DNA from: Tubulanus polymorphus | Lineage: Eukaryota > Animalia > Nemertea | Assembly (NCBI RefSeq): GCF_964204645.1 | Contig: NC_134030.1 | Span: 8,165,122 to 8,229,121 of the forward strand | Reading direction: 5' to 3' | Length of the DNA: 64,000 nucleotides | Shown here: positions 27,362 to 38,986 of the stretch, piece by piece | Position numbering within the stretch: position 1 is the stretch's first letter | Layout: every line of letters starts with the position of its first letter | Notes under the pieces: generated by a model | What the model was told of the DNA's origin: nothing | The model's input: the letters and a program-made list of their open reading frames with translations, nothing else | The model's database searches: none | Made by a program: the position numbers and the translations under genes

Positions 27362-27448
27362 AACCAATCTCCCGATTCCAGAGATCCTAGCCTGGGAATG
27401 TCATATCCCTAATCACAAGTTAGGGTCTCAGGGAAAGGGCTAGTGGTT
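27362..27448 (-). ncRNA. mir-125: mir-125 (lin-4 family) precursor hairpin (mature 5p 27434-27413; star about 27395-27374)
   Basis: Minus strand reads UCCCUGAGACCCUAACUUGUGA, the canonical miR-125. The 3' arm CCAGGCUAGGAUCUCUGGAAUC pairs with it, and the basal stem AACCA/UGGUU is present. Confidence 0.98.
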
Positions 27449-28782
27449 GCCGTCGCCGAGCGACGGGTCGTCGGATATTCCAGCCCAGTCTCCTGCCCAC
27501 TGGATGTTTTTCATGTCGTCGAACCGCACAGGAATAAAGCGCCTGTCTGCCACTAGTGGCAGCGCGATCGTTCCAGACATTAACTCTTCCGCTATTCAGT
27601 CAGTCTGAACGCAGTGAATCAATACCACAGCCGCAGTCTGCTGCCTTGCGCGCTGTATGTTTTCATGTTTTCGTTGTATACCTTTTAAAACACAGCTGCT
27701 ATTGCATTTTTATAACGTTTTTATTGTTGCCGCTGCCGCTGCCGCCGCGCTATATATTTCTATACTTGCATAGATTTTAATAACCCTAGGCAACAACCAA
27801 CGCTATATCGGAGGATTACGACAGAAACTCTCTCCAAGTATGCAAGCTTTCTTTAATAACTTCGCCATCAATCCTGAATTGAAATATTGTTGTATCAGAC
27901 TAGAACTAAACAACGTTGGCCCTAGTATAAAGCTTAAAACGAAAATTACACCCATTACCATATTTCCCAGACCAAACAAATCAATACCAAATACATATAA
28001 CTAGAAAGTAGTTGAATTCGCCTGTATCATTTACCTCGCATAGAGTGGTGGTGGTTACTGGAGGTTGAGACTTGCTTAACACCATAAAAAGGGCGTCGTC
28101 AAAAAGGGCACAATTCTATCGAAGATGAATCAGAAAAGGACAATTCAGTCAAAAATGTGGCCCCGCTATTGGATTGTATCTTTTGACAATGACATTTTCT
28201 CAGGTACGCTGCCGTTTTTCATATCAATTAAACCGGACAGGTAGAGTTACCCGCAGAGAGAGAGACCTTCGACGATCTCGAATCAGACACTTACGATATT
28301 TATCTAATTATTGTTATTTTTTCAGTTGCCCGGACAAGCAGGTAGTTAATAGCTATACGCGGCGTTTTCTCATCGATCAACGTCTAGCGTTCACGGCGAA
28401 TCAATCATATAACATTAAGAGAGCCCCCCTCGACCGACAACGTGTAATACTAACGCCATCAAACATTCCAATTCCACCCGCGGGAGATCTCTGGCCGCCG
28501 AGGGACGACCAACGCTGCAGCTTCCAGACATACAAATAACTGCTTATACGTATATAGGCATGAATTACGTAGTCCCACAATGGAATTTTATACAATAAAA
28601 TTCATCAAAACGACACCACAACATTTTGGCTGTTGACTAACAGCTTGCATCCAGGCTGCTCGTCGACAGAACGTTTTAATTCAATCATATAAAATTCCTT
28701 TGTGGGACTTCTTGATTCAAGTCTACATGGATTAGAGAGTTTTATTCGACTACTAATGTAGGCATTTTTCAAACATACACAA

Positions 28783-28921
28783 CAGGGCCCAGTTGCTCAA
28801 CAGTTGGTGACAGTTAACCAGTTGATACCGGTAGTTGACATAGTGACCATTAAAAGTTCATTGTTACTATGGTATTTATCCGCCGGTTATCTTTTACCAA
28901 CTTTTGAGCAACTGGCCCCTG
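28783..28921. mobile_element. PIF/Harbinger-like palindromic MITE between let-7 and mir-125
   Basis: CAG-GGCCCAGTTGCTCAACAGTTGGT ... ACCAACTTTTGAGCAACTGGCCC-CTG. Confidence 0.75.
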
Positions 28922-29239
28922 CATTTTAACGTCAACAATGCCATAAATCCCGCCACAGACCAGTTATCAACTGTTTTCCATCATTGGAGCTATCAGTCTC
29001 ATTAAAACAGGAATTGCTTCAGTAATTGAAAACGAAACAAAAAAACCCAGAAAAATCAGTGAAGCTCATTAAACCCCTGGGACTTCAGACGAAATATTAT
29101 GAATGAAGCTAATCTATATGATCGGGAGAGCATGCGATGTATATCCTTACCGTGATGAATACTTTTCGTAAAACCGACGAAAAGAGTAAAATATTTGAAA
29201 CATGAATAGAATATCTATATGATGAGCTTGCGATGTTCA

Positions 29240-29330
29240 GGGCTCCCCCAGGGAAAGCTAGAAGATTGTACAGTTCTCCTGTTTTGATGTTATGCCAACT
29301 ATACAACCTACTACCTCATGCTGAAGGCTG
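29240..29330 (-). ncRNA. let-7: let-7 precursor hairpin (mature 5p 29318-29297; star 29273-29252)
   Basis: Minus strand reads UGAGGUAGUAGGUUGUAUAGUU, the canonical let-7. Star is CUGUACAAUCUUCUAGCUUUCC, the loop contains GGAG, and a CNNC motif (CAUC) lies 17 nt after the 3p end. Confidence 0.99.
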
Positions 29331-29839
29331 CCAAAAAGATCCTCCGATCAACTCTCTCTCGCTCTTCCGCAGCAGACATCCTTCGCAAACGCGCTAACCA
29401 CTCTTGTTTATAAATTAAGTATTAGAAGTTCAGGATTAAATGGTTTTTTTCCTATAAGACAGTACCTGAAATACAAGTCGACAATCTGACTGTTCCCGAC
29501 AGTACGAATAAAATTCATCGCTCGAGTAAAGCTTCATCGAGGTTGATGTCAATTGGAACGGTATTCGATGAATTGAATAAAATACCGACAACAAAATGGC
29601 TGCATTCGTATCTTACAGCCGATTCAGCATCAGCCTGTGATGAGACGTCTAGACTCGATGCGGAAAAATTAAAGTTCTTGACATGAAGAACGAGATTGAC
29701 GCTCAAGGCGATTGCGCTTATTTCTCGAATAACACCCCCCTCACAAAAAAAAAAAACGTTCACCCATTTCATACCGACCTAATGTCTTAACAAAACTCCA
29801 TATAACACGGGATCGTGGTATGCCGATATACCCCATATA

Positions 29840-29912
29840 GCAACACATACCCATAAATCCGACCTTGTGGGTTCTGTAAGGCTTACAAGTTCGGATCTAC
29901 GGGTTTATGCAG
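29840..29912 (-). ncRNA. mir-100: mir-100 precursor hairpin (mature 5p 29905-29884; star 29867-29846)
   Basis: Minus strand reads AACCCGUAGAUCCGAACUUGU(A), identical to miR-100 over 21 nt. The 3' arm CAAGGUCGGAUUUAUGGGUAUG pairs with it and resembles known miR-100-3p. A lower stem is present. Confidence 0.98.
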
Positions 29913-32119
29913 CTTGGTAAAATTCTGATCATCGTCGTCGTCCGATGCACCGTCGAAGTCACCTCCCGTATTCCGCAGTCGAATCCTACAAAGACACGAA
30001 ACAGAATAACGAAATTAAATACTTGCGATACATTCAATGATTTAATGGAATAGTTAACGGTGTCGGGTTTCCATCTCTCAACCGTGTAGCTATTAATAAA
30101 AAATTAAAAACACCGGACGAATAACGAAATTCCACCGTCGGGGAAAGTTCGATGAAAGTCAAAATATTTCCGCGAACATTTCATTGAAATATGAGGTTAA
30201 TTCGGTTTTTAATCCTAGGTAAGAAGCTCGGTGAAACCGTGGACAATTCCGTCCATTCAGAAACAGCCTTGCTGAAAGAATTAATAATTTCAATCTGATT
30301 CGGCTGATGAATATACGTCCCGCGGAAAACATGTTCTTCAAATTTCCCATACAAAGAAACGGATTAAGTTACGACCCCCCCCCCCATGGAGATAAATGGT
30401 ACTACGTGATTACAGTGTGGTTGCGACCAAAAAAGGCGCTGTAAGTATAATGAGCAATGCGACTGAAGCATTGCAACACAGACAGGATAGCTCTAGGTGT
30501 CTTACGCTAGACATCTGTAAGACCCCTAAAAATTTTCAGTGCCTAGCGTATCAGCGTTTATAATTTTGTTGAAAGAAAACCTAAAACAGTCTAATTTCTA
30601 TAAAATAAAAGCCAATTTTGTTGGCAATTCTGGTAAGGTGTCCTTTTCACATCGATTTTTGGTAAGACGATCAGATCTCGCATATAGAGAAATTCATCTT
30701 GAAATCCTGCAAACGTTATACTCAAACTGTGAGAGATATTTAGGCAATGTTAGTGCTTGTACACGCTTACTACCACCAGAGCAATAGTCTCGATATATCG
30801 CAAAAAGATTTTCGTCGAAATCCCTCTCAACTACACCATGCGGCACGTATGTGCAGCCAATATGTAAAATTGTGCGAACGTGAAGGTCGATGGGAGCTTA
30901 CACACGCAGAGCTTCGTCTGTCAAAGTCACTCGGTGCAAAACATTTCAGAGATGATGAAAAATGGTTGCGAGAATTAAACGTTTTGCACGCTGGCATCTG
31001 CATGGTGGTGGCGGCGGCGCTAGGTGACATGTCAACGATCGTTCTCGTTTCACCCGTAGAAATTACGAGTGAAAAAGCAGGATAATAACCATCGTCGAGC
31101 AGACAAGAAACATCAGAACACTGTATAACATACGTATTTTTATAAGTAAAATTGATAAAATATTTGCGTAAACACTGCATTCGCTGCTACGTTGTATATT
31201 GCCATTTTGTATATTGTAATTTTCACTCACATTGTCTAAATTGTCGACCTTGAGTTTGTCAAATAAACAGTAACTGTAAAATACCAAATAGACTGATGCA
31301 AATGCAAACGTCTCTTATATTCCGTCGAACAATCTAGCTAGTTTTTAAAGACTGCGCTTGATTAAAATTTTTTGATTCGAAAACCTACACGCCAAACAAC
31401 ATTTACGACGAAAAGAAAAAGGAAAAAAAAATGCGAGATCAACCAACGCGATGATCGCTCGCAACTCGGTTTCAACTAAATATGATTAATCGGAACAATT
31501 TTAAACAAATTAATCCGCGCAACTGATGATGCCTGCAGTTAAAATGATTTAATCCGGGACGACTAAAAAATCCGCCACCACCGATGTAGACATATTATGT
31601 ATCATCCGTACTGGAATATCAGGAAGATTTTTATCAAAGACACCCACTCTACTTCTATTTACAATTTTGCATAATGGATTATGCTTGTAATTAAAAATGA
31701 AATCTTTATGGGGGGGTCTTGTTACCTCCACCACCACCACTGTGTCGCGATCGGCAATTTCTCTTTCTCCGATCAATTCCGTAAGCACGTCGCATTGACG
31801 CAAGAAAAAAACAACACTATCACCGGCCAGTACACCGGTGGCGTATATACCGAGTATTACCCTACCCATAGCACTGCCGCCGCATTCTAACCACTCATTG
31901 TTTGATTGATCGATTCGATTCCGCTATACACGAATAATAAACTGAAATTTTAACGATATCTCGCCGACGAAAACCTTTTAAACAGATTGATTACTATCGG
32001 GGCTTGAAAGAAACAATTAGCTAGATACGCAGCAGCACAGGCTACATGAATCCACGAGCACTACTACACTGACTAGTAAAGCAGTATAGCACATGCACTA
32101 ACATTATTGGTAAATAGGC

Positions 32120-32521
32120 CCTCAGGTCGCCCTAGGACAGGTATAACCCGATTGGGGAGAGCACTCAGGTCACTATAGTAGTGATCATACCAACATTTTT
32201 GGCCCTGGCCAATTCGACCTGTGCCCAATTCCGGATGGAACAACAGTTCAAATGGACAGGGGCGAAATTTTCACATAGGGCCAAATTTTTGCGACGCATG
32301 AATTGCTGCCACTGGTTCCTGAGGTGACTCGCTTCAGTTCGTATAAGCATTGATCAGTATCGGGTGAGTGGTTAAATTTGACTCTGAACCGTGAACCGTG
32401 CCAGTTTGACCCGGGTCAAATCATCTCCGTGTGACTAAAGATTACAAGCAAACCGGTCAGAGGTCAACTTCCGCAAGTCGCAGAGCAGCGGTCTGGTCGT
32501 CGCCTACACGGTCACTGATCG
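32120..32521. promoter_or_regulatory. Cluster of nuclear-receptor half-site repeats (candidate hormone-response enhancer)
   Basis: AGGTCG-n4-AGGACA (32124-32139), AGGTCA (32167), TGAACC-g-TGAACC (32385-32397), palindrome TTTGACCCGGGTCAAA (32405-32420), CGGTCA-g-AGGTCA (32454-32466), CGGTCA-c-TGATCG (32509-32521). Confidence 0.55.
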
Positions 32522-33869
32522 TTAGAACAATTAACCACTTTATTGATACCAAAACGTCTCAATGAACAGATTGGAAAAATAAACCCCCTGCAGCACCTTC
32601 GAATCATCGTGGTCGGTGTCCGAACCCAGAAAATATATTTCGTCCATGAAACTAATCAATATTTCAACTTTCGTGTAAATAGTATACTATCGCAAAAATC
32701 CTTAACAAGAATACAGTGTTGAGAATCAGTATCTAGAAGCCAGTGTGCACAGAATTTCAGGGGCAGGCTTCTGTGATTTGACTTCCTTTTCCCCTGACTA
32801 TTCCCCGATTCGATCAGCAATTCAATCAAGAATTCAATTAATTAACAGTCAAATACTTATGACATTGACAGAAGCTGTTTGATTTTATGCGAGATCTAAC
32901 AATGTCAACAAATTTCCCCGATTTTTCCGTGAAATTTATAGCTTTTTTTCTGACAAAATTCCCTGACTATTCCCAGATATCCAGGTAAGTGGCCGCCCTG
33001 TATTTTAGACAATCATGTGATCGCAGTCCAGCTGCGATACGGCTGCAACCGGTCCAAATGCCGGGCATTGCTTAATGTTCTACTTGTTCAACCCATGGCG
33101 ACTGCTGATTTTTTTCGTTGTCGTCAGTAGTTAAAGTGTTCACAGGTCAACGCAACTCGTAACAAATCCCTTCAAGGTGTAGTCGCCAGTCGGAGGCCAG
33201 GCCGAGGACCCCTTTTAAACGCCTATCTCTATATAATATGAAAAATGCCACCGCGTTTGTACCTAGTGTACGCAAAACTTTGCCCATTTCAAACCGGCTA
33301 CCCTATACTGTGTCGGGATAAGTAGCCAATATTGGGTTAAAACCTGCCAACCCATGGAAGCATTGACCTCGATGAATGGCCCTGGAACTGGGACAGCCTA
33401 GTTTCCGTGAATTCAGGTCGATTGGTCTCGAGCAGGAATATATCAATTTCTTGCCATTAAAAATCACATATACAAATAATTTGACTCAGTGCACTTTGTA
33501 TGTATTGTCCAGCATGCGTCATATCAGTGACTACTAGGTTCATATCGTTATATATCCAGGTAACGCACTATAAATACCATAAAAAGAATATGAGCTATGA
33601 CAACAAAAAGTGAAAATCATACATCTTTAAACATTTCTCAGCGGGAAAAAGTTCTGCCATCGTCGCATCTTTGCGAGGAGACATTCAGTGGAAAAATTAG
33701 ACTGCCAGAAAAAATTAAGTAGAGTTTTTATCAAACTGGCTTCGGAAAAAATGGCTTAGTGAAATTAAATAAAAAATTAACTACCATTCAATTGATTTCA
33801 ACAAAAAATTAAATGCTTCAATTCCTTGGACATGTCACTTTACGATATTAGCTCAATCTTGAGTTGATG

Positions 33870-34200
33870 ACCAAAATGTGTAATTTCAGAATCAAAGATA
33901 GCCACCAGTCAGTCATCGTGGATGACATAATGACCTGGTTTGGTCACATGATGGACCATTCATATTTCACATACTCGCGCCAATCGGCCATCTTGGACCT
34001 GATTACCATAAATCCTGATGACCATAAATATTGAACACATGCAAGATTATTTGGCCATATATATCCGAATTTGAAGACGGTTGGTCAAAAATTGTTTTCT
34101 GTAGTGTTCACAAGAAACCAGTCGGACGCATGCCAGACTACCATTAAGACCCAGGGGTACAGCATAAGCCCGCATGGCATTCGGCCAAGAAGGCTAAAAG
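33870..34200 (+). mobile_element. Non-autonomous Helentron/HINE-like fragment
   Basis: GGCCATCTTGG ... CCGAATTTGAAG ... GTAGTGTTCACAAG ... CGGACG and a terminal hairpin AGCC..TGGC-ATTCG-GCCA..GGCT-AAAA, a layout typical of invertebrate HINEs. Confidence 0.45.
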
Positions 34201-34207
34201 AGCATAG

Positions 34208-34312
34208 GTCGCTGCCCATGAAAAATCACAACATCTGTGTACCGTGTATGATGCTGGCAAATATGATATAGATGATTTCCTACATGGTATTGCACATAAA
34301 ATCCACTTTTGA
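34208..34312 (+). pseudogene. C-terminal fragment of a Mutator-like (MULE) transposase
   Basis: Translates VAAHEKSQHLCTVYDAGKYDIDDFLHGIAHKIHF*, resembling the Y-x2-G-x6-FL-x2-I-x-H C-terminal motif of invertebrate MULE transposases. Confidence 0.5.
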
Positions 34313-36889
34313 ACTTAATGATTTACAGAAAAACGTTATTCTGGATTTGTTATGTATTTCAATCGTTCAACTCAAAATATGCCTTGTGAAAAATAAACAA
34401 TGTCGTTAGATATAAAGATCAATGTTGATATGAACTAGTAAGTTTCATCTCCAATTCCCAAAAATTATCCTTGGCCATTTTTTCCTATATGCATCGTCCT
34501 CTTTATCTTTGTGGGGGAACAAACATTCGGCGGAAATATTAGACGCCACAAAAAAATAAACAGGTATTTAAAAAGCTTCGTGTTTTTATCGGCCTCAACG
34601 TCCAAGGACGTCGTCAGCCTCGTATATAAATAAGTATTAAACTGTCATTCGAGCACCGAGTGAAATTGATTAAGCGTTATTTGATTATACTACTTCTACA
34701 CGGCAAATTATATATAGTGTACACAAGTTGACATTAAAAAAAAAACAAAACCATGTTTCTGAAAATAAGCGGCCCGGTGTTTACTACAGGCTAATGTTTG
34801 CTGAAACGAGTTCTTCTTATGACGAACACAATGAAAAAGTGAATTTCAGCAATCATGGCCGAATGCAGTTCTTAAACGATCAGAATTTTGATGAATATGT
34901 ATAAATACATCGAGGCTGTTATTCCTCGTTATTCTACGATGAACGTTGGATTAATCCAATTCTGATTGAATGAGCGCTGATGGTCTTTTGAGTTGCCATT
35001 TAGTTGCGCCCGTTCGTACTGCCATTTATATATAAGGGGGACCAAGCCATATATACACGCAATCATAGAATCCTAATAAAAATCATATCGATCGTTAAAC
35101 GCTGGAATGAATTAATCAGCGCCTGAACGCTGGCTGCGACCCAGACAGTTGAGGTCATCGGGTGGCCTAGTATGTGCCGTATTTTTATTACTGTGCAAAT
35201 CCAATACAGCAAAACCAGCGCACAGACTAATCAAAACAGGTGTCTGCCAGGAAGTTAACAACGAATTTGTAAACAGGGGGGGGGGAACAGGGGGGAGACA
35301 GTTTGCACTTGACAGTATACATACATATATATTTCCTACTGCAAATTGCTTCTATACATTACTACTCGCTAAAAAATCAATTAGCCACACGCCATATAAT
35401 CACAATATTAGCTGTTACACTCTCATCAAAAAACACCCACACTCTCTCAGAATGACTGGGGAAAGGTAACCATCGTACTCCAGTGACAGAGCTATCGTTT
35501 ACTGTTTAGGTTTATCAACCTTGGGAGAACGGTTGTTGTTACTCGGTTTCAATTCACCGTTGATATGGTTCTATGTATTATCATGCACAACATGATATAA
35601 TAATACTATAAAACTACGTACTGACAAAATGTATGTTTAATGTTTTTGTATTTTCGTATCTTATCGGGTTTGATGGTTCTTTCTATTTATGCGCCATCAT
35701 TGCCGCATACGGAACTGATCATTCTAAAAACATTGAATTCATTAGTAATGAAGTGATCAGGGAGGGTATTTGAAAAAAAGTGCTTTTTAAGGTCTCTTTG
35801 GATAATGATCCCCGAATATTCTGTTTACCGCCTACACTCGGCTGACGCCGCCATTTTTCTTAGTCACGCTATTTATTGAGCGAACCTGACATATATATAT
35901 ATATTCATTAGAACACCATTATCCGCCGCCGATTTTTTTCTGTTTGTGAAGTCAAAAGATGATGTTGCTATGGAAAAATTACAAACGTTTATTTTTCTTT
36001 CCATATCTATTGCTAATGATGAGGGGGCACGAGGTGAAAAAAATCAAAAACGACATTTTTCTATACTAAGAATTCGAGAAAAGTTCATCGTCGGATCCGT
36101 ATCAAACTAATAGAGAAAAAAAAACATGGCTCAACGCATATAACGAATACGAACACAGTCAGCGAGTATTTTCTACAGCATTGTAGAAAACAACGGCCAA
36201 GGAAGAAATGGCAGAGGAAGATTTATAAGAATCAGAGATGAAACGAACGGGAACCTTTTTTCGGGATTGATAATTTTTTTTGGCCGCGACGTTTTAACTG
36301 CCGAGCTTTGAAAAGAAAACGCTGACTTTGAGCATTATTCAGTATATACGATATCTCGTCTCGTTTCTGGTATAGAGAATGAATCGATTGAATAATAATA
36401 ATACGCCGCCTGCTTACAAGGGCACCGTACACTCAGCGCTGACAGACTGATTTCATTTCAATCATATAGGTTTTAATCGGCTGTCTGTACTAACGATGAT
36501 CGTGTCGACTATGAATTTACGACTGTCTAGACTGTAGTCACACAATGCAGACCCAGATATCGATGACGCAGACGACAACGACGATGGTTTATGAATTATA
36601 ATCAATCGAGTATACGCGTTAGCATGGGCGTCTGCGACGACCGCCGATTTCATTCCGAGACCAATCAGCCGACAGCGCGGGTCCCGTCGGCTGTTCATAG
36701 TCAGTAAGTAATTACCAACGATGGATTTAAAATCTCCAAGTAACGACGACGTATATAGACACTGATCGAGATCGTAATGTCGTCAAGCCGATGCGACGAC
36801 CATCGCTGTAACAAGCCACCCAGCTGGGTACATCAAGTGTCTCTATACCCTTCTTGCACCGACAGTCCTATGATATTCTAGTATACACG

Positions 36890-37385
36890 GAATATTACAT
36901 GATCATCAGGCTATTCCAAATGACTACTATGATAAGTTTTGCCAAAAATACTGGTTTTGCCCAATTGGGCAATTTCAATGTTTTAATTTACAAAGCCCAA
37001 CACAGGGAAACACGGAACAGAAACATGTTTCCAAATGTTTCCCTGAATCAGTTTCAACGCCCATATTACATGATCATCAGGCTATTCCAAATGACCACTG
37101 TAAGTTTTGCCCAATTGGGAAAATTCAATGTTTTAATTTTACAAAGCCCAACACAGGGAAACACGGAACAGAAACATGTTTCTGAATGTTTCCCTGAATC
37201 AGTTTCAACGCCCATATTACATGATCGTCAGGCTATTCCAAATGACCACTGTAAGTTTTGCCAAAAATACTGGTTTTGCCCAATTGGGCAAATTCAATGT
37301 TTTAATTTACAAAGCCCAAGACAGGGAAATACGGACACTGGAGACAGAAACATGTTCCCGAATGTTTCCCTGAATCAGTTTTAAT
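36890..37385. repeat. Tandem repeat, 3 copies of a 150-180 bp unit
   Basis: ATATTACATGATC.TCAGGCTATTCCAAATGAC ... AATGTTTCCCTGAATCAGTTT repeated three times; explains ORF 36854-37384. Confidence 0.9.
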
Positions 37386-38347
37386 GCCCACGATGCAGGA
37401 AAACATGGAAACAAGGAATCAAACATGCTTGATCTCATTGTTCCCGAAACACACATGACACAGGGAAACACTTGGAATGTTTCTGTCTCCGGTTTCTGGG
37501 TTTCCCTTTAGATGCTGGGCTTTATGAGAAACATGGTTTCCGAGATTTTGATTCAGCGTCTCGATCTGTTTCTCCGTTTCCTTGCGTCGCATGCGTTGGG
37601 TTATAGGGTTAGATTTTGACACTCGTGGTACTGAAGGTGAGGGAAAATTAGTGTATATATGTTGACAAATAATCAGTAAGTCATTAGAACTAAACTTTAA
37701 ACGGAGTCATGTGAAATCTTTCTAATTCTTTTTTCAAGAAGATGATTGCTGATAAAGCCATGTCACCATCTCTCTTTTATCAAAAATACATAAAGATGTT
37801 CATATATAATGTTATCAGAAACTGCACTTTTTTCTGTAGAGCGCGTCAACTGAATTTCTATTCAATTTCAAATTTCACGATGAAATATCCCGGATCTCTC
37901 TCAGGAGTTTTTTAGTCGAATCACTCGTAACTGAATCCTTCAAAACAAAACATTCATTTAAAAATGTATTTTCAAAATCTGATTGAGCTTTTTCATTTGT
38001 CGAACGACTTTTTTGAGCTGCACTCGAATGAAATAAGAATTCCCTCGCGACGGTGTATATGTCATACCTGTGTACGTCACTAGTCACAGAAAATACTTTT
38101 TTATTCACGATGCCGATAATAAATAAATCCATCGAGCCAGACACATTGCAATTGATTTCCTATACACACCCTCTGCGCGTATCTCGTATCAATTCTACAC
38201 GCAGGATCAAATGAAATAGTATATATATATACGTAGTCGAGTTTGTTGCAGATTGTCGTGTTTCTGAACTTATCTCTCGATGCAAAGAAGGCTGTGGGAT
38301 CGTTAAAAAATTAGAACACTATTCTGAGAAGAATATTCGATCAGACA

Positions 38348-38350
<3 letters not shown>

Positions 38351-38386
<36 letters not shown>
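38351..38386. repeat. (AATC)n microsatellite
   Basis: Seen directly. Confidence 0.95.
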
Positions 38387-38877
38387 TTTTCATTATTGAA
38401 GTAACTTGTAGCGGAGCTAGTGTTCTATAGATAAGCAATTATGTGGTATTAGCTGTAAACTTATCAACTGTTTATTCTAACACAAAGACCAAGAAACAAC
38501 TGATCAGCGAATCATTCCTCCTTAGTGGGGGGAGGGGAGGGTCATGTCATCGGGCAGATGAAATAACCATATGTGAAATGAAAATGAAGTACTTGTACGA
38601 CTGATATTTCTAATTTAATGGATGGGAAATGATTGTGTATACTACGCTTATTGTTTTGTTGGTTTGATCGTGAAGGTCCGTCTTAAAGAGTCCTGACATA
38701 TTTGGTTCTCTGGTGGGATCTGACATACGATGATGAAATGAATAAAGAACACTAATATATGTGTGGTGAAGGAAACAAGACAATTTACCTAATACTGAAT
38801 ACTCTTCCTTACTCCCTCAACTCGGCAAAAGTCTTGTTTTACCAAAATTTTATTTGGCAAAACCTTACAATAGTACC

Positions 38878-38986
38878 CAGGGCCCGGTTTTATAGACTGG
38901 TATTACCCGGGGGTTAACTCAATTGAAAATGAATTAAGTTAGCCCCCCGGGTTAAAGTTAATACCAATCTATAAAACCGGCCCCTG
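38878..38986. mobile_element. PIF/Harbinger-like MITE (same family as 63558-63672)
   Basis: CAG-GGCCCGGTTTTATAGACTGGTATTA ... TAATACCAATCTATAAAACCGGCCC-CTG; the interior is nearly identical to the 63.6 kb copy. Confidence 0.75.

Noticed and set aside
36854-37384. 176-aa ORF
   Set aside because: Made from three tandem DNA repeats, with frame changes between copies.
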